A DNA stretch of 22,861 nt from Octopus sinensis (lineage: Eukaryota), in NCBI RefSeq assembly GCF_006345805.1, contig NW_021823639.1, positions 1 to 22,861 of the forward strand, read 5' to 3'. Shown piece after piece: positions 1-8,140 of the stretch (position 1 is the first letter of the stretch; every line of letters starts with the position of its first letter). The notes beneath the pieces are model-generated. The model searched no databases, was not told where the DNA came from, and saw only the letters and a list, made by a program, of their open reading frames with translations. Position numbers and translations under genes: made by a program.

Positions 1-215
1 GGGAGGAGGAGCAAGAGGAAGGGAGAGAAGAAGAGGAATGGCTGCGAGGAGACCATGAAGAATGGTGAGGGGGAGAGAGAGAGTGAAGAATGAGAGAGAG
101 AGGAAGAGACGAGTTAAGGGGGGGGAAAAGAAAATCAAAGAATAGGGATGGGACAGAAAGGTGAAGAGTGCGTGTGAGAGTTAATATCAAGACAAAAACT
201 TGATATACAGAACAA

Positions 216-247
<32 letters not shown>

Positions 248-252
248 ATATA

Positions 253-290
<38 letters not shown>

Positions 291-300
291 TATATACAAA

Positions 301-610
301 GAGTATTCCGTCGGTTATGACGACGAGAATCTCAGCTGAGACCATCAACGGAACAGCTTGCTCGTGAAATTAACGTTCAAGTGGCTGAGCACTCCATAGA
401 CATGTGTACCCTTAACGTAGTTCTCAGGTAGATTCAGCGTGACACAGAGTGTGACAAGGCGGGCCCTTTGAAATACAGGTACTTCTAATTTTTGCCAGCT
501 GAGTGAACGGGAGCATCGTGAAATAAAGTGTCTTACCCAAGGACACAACGAGATGCCGGGAATTACAATCGTGAGCTGAACGTCCTAACCACTAAACCTC
601 GTGCCTTCAC
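301..610 (-). mobile_element. tRNA-derived SINE (family A), near full length
   Basis: The reverse complement starts gtgaaggcacgaggtttagtggttagg (A-box-like head), then ttgtgtccttgggtaagacacttta (CORE/V-like central domain) and a body. The same family recurs at 18723-18866. Confidence 0.8.
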
Positions 611-611
611 G

Positions 612-659
<48 letters not shown>

Positions 660-689
660 CACACACAAACACTCACACATATATACATA

Positions 690-836
690 TGTACAATTGC
701 AGCAGGGAAGGTGTTTATAACCCATTTAAAAACATACAAAAACCGTTAGATTCACTTCAATATTGAAATCTAATATGTCAATATATTTTCGTTGCTTTGA
801 AACCGCGACCTGTTCTCTGACAAAATTCCGTGCTGC
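690..836 (-). mobile_element. Penelope-like terminal-repeat fragment with a degenerate hammerhead-like fold
   Basis: The minus strand 822-776 reads tgtca-GAGAACA-g-gtcgc(9-nt loop)gcaac-GAAA-atatat-tgaca. Stem I (5 bp), stem II (4/5 bp) and GAAA are correctly placed, but the core is non-canonical. Family assignment is inferred. Confidence 0.4.
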
Positions 837-916
837 ATATATATATATATGACCGTGTGTGTACCGTTGGCGATTTTTTTCCTCCGACTTCCCTTCTTTG
901 GATCTTTCCTTTTCCT

Positions 917-953
917 GTGTTTCTGACGATGAGCTCCGCTCGAAACGTTAAAC
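917..953 (+). ncRNA. Minimal type I hammerhead ribozyme (Penelope-like element type)
   Basis: gttt(919-922)-CTGACGA(923-929)-t-GAGC-tcc-GCTC-GAAA(942-945)-CGTT-aaac(950-953). Both catalytic boxes are intact, stems I and II are 4 bp each, and stem III is the loopless palindrome AACGTT. Predicted GUU cleavage after 949. Confidence 0.7.
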
Positions 954-1146
954 CCTCCTTCTTCTCTTCTTTCCTGAGCGTCCAATAATACTATACTTGT
1001 TCCACGTCCTCGCGTTGTTGTGTTTTCTCTTTGTGTTTTCATGTTTGGATTAACTATATATATATATGTGTGTGTGTATGCATGTATGTATGTATGTATG
1101 TATGTATGTATGTATGTATGTATGTATGTATGCATGTATGTATGTA

Positions 1147-2353
1147 TCAGTTCATTAAGAATGAAATGTCCGATTTTCTTATGCACCAAATTTGACAGTC
1201 GTTAACTCTTATGTTTTATCCTAACTATTCTTTGTTTTACAACATTGGAAAGTTACATCATCACTTTTCGAAATGTAAATAAATTTTTGTGAAACCATAG
1301 ATAGATCGAAAATTCGTGTTGCTTATGAATATGAGTTCCGCCGTGGTACCAATGCAACCTTGACGGTTCAAAACATCAACGAGGTGTTTGGTGAAGATGT
1401 GGCGAATGAACGCGCTGTGCGTCGATGGATTGAGAAGTTTCGATCGTGACTTTACTTTTGAAAATCACCCCTGTCGAAGAACTCAGACCAAAATGGATAC
1501 TATAATGGAAGCGAATACATCCTCTACGGGTGAGTTAGCAGCAAGGTTTGATGTTTCGATTCCAACTGTATTGGACCATCTAAAACAAATAGGCAAGGTA
1601 AAGAAGCTGGACAAGTGGGTACCACACGAACTGAACGAGCATCAAATGACACGTTGTCTTGAAACTTGCTTTTCTTTGTTGTTACGGTAAAATAGCGAAC
1701 CATTTTTGCATCATGTTGTTACGTGTAATGAAACAAATGAATTCTTTTCAACAATAGTAAGCGCTCTTCACGGGTGTTGGATAGAGACGAAGTAAAAAAA
1801 ACACAATCCATAAAAGAACATTCACCAAAAAAGCTAATGACGTCTGTTTGGTGATCCAGCTTTGGTGACATCCACTACAGCTTCATGAGATCTGGTAAGT
1901 CAATTACAGCGGATGTATACATCAAGCAATTAGATGAAATGATGAGTGAACTTGCAATTAAACAACCGAGATTGGTCAATAGAGACAGGCCAATTCTCTT
2001 GCAAGATAATGCTCGACTACGTTGCAAAAAGAACGCTACTCAAGTTACAAGAACTGAACTTAGAAGTACTGTCATCCACCATATTCACCAGACCCTGCAC
2101 CAACTGACTATCATGTTTTCCAGGAATTAGACCACTTTTCGCAAGGAAAAAACCTCAAAAACTGCCTTTCGTGATTTCATGACATCTTCCTCTCCAGACC
2201 TTTTCAATGCTGGCATAAATAAGCTACCGATAAAATGGCAAAATTGTGTTGATGGTTTACGTGCATACTTTGATTAATTGCATTGCTTTTTGTCGAGATA
2301 AAGTAAAATACACTTTCAGTTCAAAATCGGTCATTTCATTCTTAATGACTTGA
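1147..2353 (+). mobile_element. Full-length non-functional mariner transposon (1207 bp)
   Basis: 31-bp TIRs at 1147-1177 and 2323-2353 (3 mismatches), flanked by TA at 1145-1146 and 2354-2355. Transposase remnants lie inside. Confidence 0.95.
1297..2277 (+). pseudogene. Mariner (D,D34D-type) transposase pseudogene
   Basis: Frame-shifted translation gives an HTH region (EYEFRRGTNAT...VRRWIEKFRS), KKLDKWVPHEL, ILLQDNAR and YSPDPAPTDY, ending AYFD* at 2275-2277. The start codon has decayed to ATA, and there are several stops and frameshifts. Confidence 0.93.
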
Positions 2354-2401
2354 TATATATGTATGTATGCGTGCGCGTGTACTTGTGTATAATTATACGT
2401 A

Positions 2402-2612
2402 CGTGTCTCCTTGTATTTGTGCCCCATCAATGCTTGAAAACCGGCTTGTTTTTTTTGTCTCAGTAACTTAGCGTTTCGGTGTAAGAGACCGATAGATTAA
2501 GTACCATACCTTGAGAAATATAAGTACTGGTGTAGATTCGTTCTATTAAGACCATTCATGGCGGTGCCCCAGCATGGCCGTAGTTCAATGACTGAAACAA
2601 GTAAAAAAAAAG
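2402..2612 (+). mobile_element. SINE family B, 3' half
   Basis: gtaacttagcgtttcgg..agagaccgatag..ggcggtgccccagcatggcc..aatgactgaaacaagtaaaa matches the 3' part of the copy at 12388-12690. Confidence 0.75.
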
Positions 2613-2699
2613 AATAAAACATATTTAAAATAAAAGCAAGCAACAGGTGAATGTGTCAAGTATGTTAGTTGAGTAGAGTCAAAACCATCTGGTCACCCC

Positions 2700-3900
2700 C
2701 ACCACCACATGAATCCTTGCAGCTGATTTGGGTAGGTTCGGGGTGGTGTTTGAGCATTAACATGCACAGACATGAGATTATCTTAAATCAATCAGCCGAG
2801 ATTCCTGAATGAGAAACAGGTGTTGATATCTCTATGTCAACGATAGGATGCCATCACAGCTGCTCAGTTTAATCAAAGATTTGGTCGGCTTAAACATTAA
2901 CAAGTCTGATTTAACATGACTGCCAGGGTATCGAAATGTTGCTTATTAAATGTACACCAGAGTATACAAAGCTGAAAAGACTCTGACCAATGATATTCTT
3001 GAGTTCTTGAATTCTTGAGTTCAGATCGAATGCAGATCATTCGTCTGTTATCTGGACACAATACGGAATTCACGAGCTTCTCTTGAAAGCCTTAAAAACC
3101 TTATGACGTCATTACGGATATTTGTCCCTAGTCACGAAGAGAATATGCCTCTGGGTTCCCCTTCCTACAGGTGCTCTGTATCCTGGTTGCGATAGTTTTT
3201 TTCGAATTTCGAATTTCTCATAAGCTTGTGGCATCATCAAAAGGTCCCTGAGACTCTGTGATACTTTTATACCATATGCATATCTGATGAAGGTGACAGT
3301 TCTCGGGGGGAGGGATTCAGTTAATAAATATTGTTCCTTTTGAGGAAAGAGTGTTGATTGCTTCTACCTGACTTCTGCCTCTTAAAAAGTCATAGACTTA
3401 CTCTCCTATTTTCCAATTATGCCGTGATTGCGCAGTTTATTTAAGGCTAAATAAACCTGGCCTTTGTTTGAATAGTTGATTAAAAGGTTCAACTCATGTA
3501 ATGTAGAAGTTGTTAGAGTCGAAGAAGCTTTTACTTAAACGGAATCTATGCTAAGAGTCAGCGCGTAATTTTTTCTTCTAAGAACATGATTAATTTTCCT
3601 CGGAGAAATCCGCTAATGATTTTGTTGATAAGTGAAATCAGAGAGATAAGTCTGTTGGTTTTAGTATCTCCTTTACCTTCTCCTCTGCAAAAGATTTGGA
3701 AGAGAAGCTGAAGTAGTTTAGCTTAAGTCTGATTTTATTTTTATAGAACTATTGCTGCAAATGAGTTTAGAACTATTTTTAACTATGGCTTATATCATAT
3801 ACTATATATACCTCTTTGAACTTGTGGTGCGGGAGTTTCTATTGTGGCTGTTCCTTGATGCCCGTGGAGAATGAAAATGTCTTTGTGGGGCTGCATGTAA
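2700..3900 (-). pseudogene. Decayed CR1/L2-like LINE reverse transcriptase region
   Basis: Minus-strand motifs occur in the expected RT order: FAAIVL..AKLLQLLFQ, RLISLISLINKII (RPISL box, ~3653-3615), HRFR (QHGFR), LNKLRNHGIIGK..VYDFLRGRSQ, and YAYGIKVSQS (decayed YADD, 3282-3271). There are many stops and frameshifts, and the boundaries are approximate. Confidence 0.75.
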
Positions 3901-4129
3901 AAGGATAACCATCACTCACAAACAATTAATAATAGCTTTATTTACAGCACACAGTATTTTCTTTTTTGGTCTTTGGATGAAGAATGAAAGCAAGGATTTG
4001 TACACACTGGGAGAGATTTACTACTAGGGTCTACAGCAGCTTAGTGGAATGCATCAGTCTCTGACTAGTTCATCACAACTAGGAAAATAACTACATTAAG
4101 TTCATGACAGTAAAAGCTTCATAATCTTC

Positions 4130-4470
4130 TCGGCTGGCGAACGGAAAATTAAAATGGAGTCATAACAGCTAACTCGACATTCTGAAGTTGCCGCCAAAAA
4201 TCCACCATTTATGAGGTTCATTAGAAAGTCCTAAAAAGTAGGATCACGTGATGGCTTGTTGTTGATTGGTCGGTCGCTCGGTCGATTACGTTAAATGACA
4301 ATGATTTCTACGTGGTATGCGCACGGCTGTCTGGTGATTCGGTTTCGAATCTGCTACAAACTGAACAGGTTGGCCAGAACACGGAGCGTCTATGAATTCG
4401 ATTCCGCCCGACTTCTTTAAGCGTATAAACAATTTCTGAGCAGTTCGAGTTCTTTCTATAATAGCGCCTG
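4130..4470. promoter_or_regulatory. CpG-enriched, promoter-like island (candidate)
   Basis: CpG is locally dense compared with its flanks. It contains TCACGTGA (E-box), GATTGG (CCAAT on the minus strand), TGCGCA, CCGCCC and TTTTGGCGG (E2F-like, minus strand). Motif-level evidence only. Confidence 0.35.
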
Positions 4471-4508
4471 CTCTTCAATGCACAACACAAACGTTTCGAG
4501 TGTCTTAC

Positions 4509-4594
4509 CAGCTTTAGAAACGATGGAATATCGAAAAGAAGCAGGTGTCAAAAAATATTCATCTTTCTCTACCTGGAACTCCAACGTTGTATGT
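4509..4594 (-). CDS. Candidate internal coding exon (86 nt), product unknown: HTTLEFQVEKDEYFLTPASFRYSIVSKA
   Basis: On the minus strand a pyrimidine tract (ttttatctcttttcag) forms the acceptor and CTG|gtaaga the donor. Only one of the three frames is open (phase 2 in, phase 1 out). No partner exon was identified with confidence. Confidence 0.45.
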
Positions 4595-4829
4595 CTGAAA
4601 AGAGATAAAATTTATTTAAAATTCAAAAACAATAATCAAAAGTTGTATTTGAAGAATAGAGCTACAAAAGTAAAATACAGAAAAAAAAAGATTAAGAAAA
4701 AAGATATTTCCAGTATTAATTGAAATTGTTTAGAAAGAAAAAGCGAACTAATTTATTTGGCAACACTATATCTTGTTTATTATTTACATTATTTACATTT
4801 GACGGATATTTGTCCTCATCTTGTTTGTT

Positions 4830-4875
4830 AACACAACGTTTCGGCTGATATACCCTCCACCCTTCACCAGGTGTC
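4830..4875 (-). ncRNA. Minimal hammerhead ribozyme, mutated copy (A6G core change, stem II mismatch)
   Basis: gacac-CTGGTGA-a-gggtg..cagcc-GAAA-CGTT-gtgtt on the minus strand. Confidence 0.7.
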
Positions 4876-4954
4876 TTGGGGAAATTTCGAACCTGTGTTC
4901 TCATTCCTAAGGTATTTTTCGATGTTGTTATTATTATTATTATTATTATTAGTA

Positions 4955-4989
<35 letters not shown>

Positions 4990-5018
4990 GTTATTAGTTA
5001 TTATTATTATTATTATTA

Positions 5019-5055
<37 letters not shown>

Positions 5056-5057
5056 TC

Positions 5058-5131
5058 AGGTCACTGCTTGGAATCGAACTCGGAATCTTGGGGTTAGAAG
5101 CCCGCTCTCTTAACCACTACACCATATACCC
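5058..5131 (-). ncRNA. tRNA-derived Pol III promoter head (not a functional tRNA)
   Basis: gggtatatggtgtagtggttaagagagcgggcttctaaccccaagattccgagttcgattccaagcagtgacctg. A box TGGTGTAGTGG at 5124-5114 and B box GAGTTCGATTCC at 5081-5070. No complete acceptor stem. Confidence 0.75.
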
Positions 5132-5133
5132 AA

Positions 5134-5179
5134 GACACCCGATGAAGGCTGGAGAGTATATCAGCCGAAAAGTTGTGTT
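5134..5179 (+). ncRNA. Minimal hammerhead ribozyme, mutated copy (U4C; stem III C>A)
   Basis: gacac-CCGATGA-a-GGCTG-gagagtatat-CAGCC-GAAA-AGTT-gtgtt. Stem II is a perfect 5 bp and stem I is gacac/gtgtt. Confidence 0.7.
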
Positions 5180-5329
5180 AACAGCAAACAAGATGAGGAC
5201 AAATATCCGTCGAATGTAAATAATGTAAATAATGTACATAATTCCTCATCTCTTAAATATAGAACTGTATTTCTTGTTTATCTTAATCAATTCGATATTT
5301 TCTGCCTTCGAAAGTAGAACTCTCCATGC

Positions 5330-6000
5330 TGACTAACATCTTTTTGAAGTCCACAATCGGTAAATTAACTTCTTGGAAAAGTAGACTGGTTTTGTATAAT
5401 TCCGAAGCTGATGTATACAACACATTTTTGTTCCTTGTTATACATTCTATACAGCCTTGGTTCAGCTTTCTTCGCTCACATTTTCATGTATGTATTCGTT
5501 TTGTTGTCAATGTCTAGGAGTATTTAATTCTGTTTTCTATGTCTAGGAGTTTCAGACGGCATTTTCGCTCTCCTGAAGTTGTCCATTTAAAAGATTTAAG
5601 ATTCTGGTTCTTCGTCTCAAAAGAAATTTTCTTTCTCTGAGAATAATATTCCAGTATATGTTTACTTTGCTTTGTAGGAAAATTTAATGCATATGGCTTG
5701 CATAATTGACATGAATTGCTTAAGTGTTACGCTTTTGTTCTTTCACAGAGAGATTTTCCAGACAGTTCCGTTTGAGGATCTCTTTTGAATCGATTTTCTT
5801 TTAGCTTTGTTGGAGTCAGGGTTAGATACAGTTTGAGTACTTCTTCCGTGGTGTACATCTACCATTTCCCTTGAATCATATGTTGCTTGCACTTCTGTCT
5901 TTTGTTCTGGTAAAATTGTTGGCATCAGCTTCACGTTATAGATGAGTTCCATATACATAGTCTTCTGGCTAAATATGATGACAGTCTATGTCATTCTTTA
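5330..6000 (-). pseudogene. Decayed CR1/L2-like LINE ORF2, linker region upstream of the RT
   Basis: Minus-strand fragments QFMSIMQAIC, ILRERKFLLRRRTRILNLLNGQL and KLLDIENRIKYS resemble the EN-RT linker of CR1/L2-type LINEs (from recall). Same strand and collinear with 2700-3900. Confidence 0.5.
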
Positions 6001-6057
6001 TCCAGGAATAACTTGATATATTGGTGAACAGGTATCGGTGTTGGAGGTATCTAAAGT

Positions 6058-6285
6058 GGTGAGCTGGCAGAAGCGTTAGCACGTCGGGCGAAATGCTTAG
6101 TGGTATTTCGTCTGCCGCTACGTTCTGAGTTCAAATTCCGTCGAGGTCGACTTTGCCGTTCATCCTTTCGGGGTAGATTAAATAAGTACCAGTTACGCAC
6201 TGGGGTCGATGTGATCGACTTAATCCGTTTGTCTGTCCTTGTTCGTCCACTCTGTGTTTAGCCCCTTGTGGATAGTAAAGAAATA
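6058..6285 (+). mobile_element. tRNA-derived SINE (family C), single unit
   Basis: Head ggtgagctggcagaagcgttagc, B box gagttcaaattcc, and body gtcgactttgcc..atcctttcgggg. A 13-bp repeat ATCGGTGTTGGAG at 6034-6046 and 6289-6301 is the probable TSD. Confidence 0.9.
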
Positions 6286-6343
6286 TGCATCGGTGTTGGA
6301 GAGAAAAACGATTGAAGTTGTAGTTGAGAAAACGTTACTTGAC

Positions 6344-7205
6344 ATGGAGGACTGCAAGCCATTTGAAAATTGGAAAAGAGTTTCCTCTATCATGATGACT
6401 CGCGTCGGGTATCAAAATGCCAACATCCTGAATGCTGTGCAATGCTATTAGACGTGACATGAACGTCATCAAAGACAAGTTTCGGATCTTTTCGGTTTGA
6501 ATGCCAGTTTTTCTAGCGGTGTCATATGAAATTGTCACCCATAATTATGACCCTAGTATCGAGCTATTGCATTTCAATCGGTTTTAGGATTAGGGTTAGA
6601 GTTAGGGTTAATTAAGGTTAGTTAGGGTTAGGGTTAGGGGTGGGGGAAGAGTATCTTTTTTTCTTCAGAAATGTAAATAAACCCAATCTGTTTCTTAAAC
6701 GAGGGACATATTCATACGGTACAGAATGCTTTTTAACTCAATAGATTGGTTGAAATTGCAGAAACTGAAGGAAAAAAACAACAAATATCTTATAAACTAT
6801 AGAATTTTAAAGATGTTTTATAAGCACATTCTACCAGTTTACGAAGTTTAAAAGTGTTTAGTTACGTGGAAATTATTTTTAAAAACTGCCATTCAAACCG
6901 AAAAGATCCCAAGTTTCCCCAAAGTGTTATGGTCTTTGGGTGTGTCTCTAGTGAGGGTGACGTCATGCCGCCTCACAGACAACTGAAGACTGCTGGAGAT
7001 TGGTCGAAACCTGGCTGAGGAGAGTTGCTACTGGAAAGCCATGTTTGTGGTAGCAGGACACGGCTCCTTGCCATACGTCCAGAAAGAAGCAAAAATTGTT
7101 GGAGAATTTCTACGATTGCATCAGGCACAATTTCTGGGTGAGAGTCCAAAGGATGCGTGTTCTGGTACCCCGAAGTGAGTCAAGGAGGGAACAGCAATTA
7201 GTGAA
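6344..7205 (+). pseudogene. Internally deleted Tc1/mariner (maT/DD37D-like) transposase remnant, split by a MITE
   Basis: N-terminus MEDCKPFENWKRVSSIMMTRVGYQNANI from the ATG at 6344. Removing the MITE and one TSD restores KFPQSVMVFGCVSSEGDVMPPH, followed by WLRRVATGKPCLW*QDTAPCHTSRK..ENFYD..NFW (to 7137). The 3' limit is approximate. Confidence 0.8.
6484..6909 (+). mobile_element. MITE (426 bp) with 29-bp TIRs, 8-bp TSD and an internal TTAGGG tract
   Basis: TIRs GGATCTTTTCGGTTTGAATG(C/G)CAGTTTTT at 6484-6512 and 6881-6909. TSD CAAGTTTC at 6476-6483 and 6910-6917. Degenerate (TTAGGG)n at 6584-6640. Confidence 0.93.
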
Positions 7206-7250
7206 ATATACATATATACATATATACATATGCATACACACACACACACA

Positions 7251-7703
7251 CCTCGTCGGTATTTGAACGCAGAACGTAAAGACGGACGAAATACCTATTT
7301 CTCTACTACCCACAAGGGTCTAAACACAGAGAGGACAAACAAGGACAGATAAACGGATTAAGTCTATTATATCGACCCCAGTGCGTAACTGGTACTTATT
7401 TAATCGACCCCGAAAGGATGAAAGGCAAAATCGACCTCGGCGGAATTTGAACTCAGAACTTAGCGGTAGACAAAATACATATTTCTATTTCTTTACTAAC
7501 AACAAGGGGCTAAACACAAAGGGGACAAAGAAGGACAGACGAACGGATTAAGTCGATTACATCGACCCAGTGGGTAACTGGTACTTAATTTATCGACCCC
7601 GAAAAGATGGAAGGCAAAATCGACCTCGGCGGAATTTGAACTCAGAACGTAACGGCAGATGAAGTACGGCTACGCGTGCTAAGGTTTCTGCCAGCTCACC
7701 GCC
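7251..7703 (-). mobile_element. SINE family C with a tandemly repeated body (one head plus ~2.2 units)
   Basis: Head at 7703-7668, units at 7667-7486 and 7478-7296, and a partial third unit at 7295-7251. Confidence 0.9.
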
Positions 7704-7784
7704 TTGTCTATATTACTATATTACAATAAGGAATAATATGTATGTGTATAGTAATATTATAATCGTGAAATTAGCATTAGCTTA

Positions 7785-7853
7785 TCTCGCGGAACCCCTA
7801 GGAACCTTTTGTGTAACCCTAGTGTTTCGGGGAAACCCGGTTGGGAAAGGCTG
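7785..7853. mobile_element. hAT/Charlie-like MITE terminal fragment
   Basis: It ends ..cccggttgggaaaggctg (reverse complement CAGCCTTTCCCAACC, a Charlie-like terminus), followed by ctctaaac (NTCTARAN-like target). Internal ggaaccc repeats are present. The second TIR was not found. Confidence 0.45.
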
Positions 7854-8088
7854 CTCTAAACACTACTCCAAATGCCTCCACACACACAAATATATATGTG
7901 TATGTATAAAAGAGAGAAAAAAGGTCAAGAAAGCGAGGGAAGAGAAACGGAGAGAAAGAGAAAAACAGGAAGGTTGAAAAAGAGAGAAAAGGTGGGGGTG
8001 GCTGATGAAAGTTAGTGAACGATATAGTGTTAAACTGATTTAAGATCACGTGAAAATAGATCCGATAATAATAATAATAATAATAATA

Positions 8089-8140
<52 letters not shown>

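Larger units (their letters stand above)
4781..5271. mobile_element. Hammerhead-bearing, tRNA-headed non-autonomous retroelement with inverted arms
   Basis: 10-bp direct repeat TCTTGTTTAT at 4771-4780 and 5272-5281. Inverted arms at 4779-4880 and 5129-5233 (about 100 bp, 5 substitutions plus a 3-nt indel). (ATT)n at ~4926-5050 and a tRNA-like head on the minus strand at 5131-5058. Confidence 0.8.

Noticed and set aside
3284-3310. CTGATGAAGG motif
   Set aside because: There is no stem II or GAAA, and it lies antisense within the LINE RT remnant.
3812-3890. 79-nt minus-strand exon candidate (tgcag|...GAG|gtatat) phase-compatible with 4509-4594
   Set aside because: The donor is weak, and the segment appears to continue the adjacent decayed LINE ORF, so the splice-like signals are probably incidental.
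5058-5131. Possible functional tRNA gene
   Set aside because: It has A and B boxes but no acceptor-stem pairing at the 3' end and runs directly into (AAT)n. It is a SINE-type head.
6584-6640. True telomere or chromosome-fusion scar
   Set aside because: The tract is short, degenerate and internal to a TSD-bounded MITE that recurs elsewhere in the window.
7251-7703. CRISPR-like repeat array
   Set aside because: The ~190-bp units have no spacers and match dispersed SINE copies, and the context is eukaryotic.
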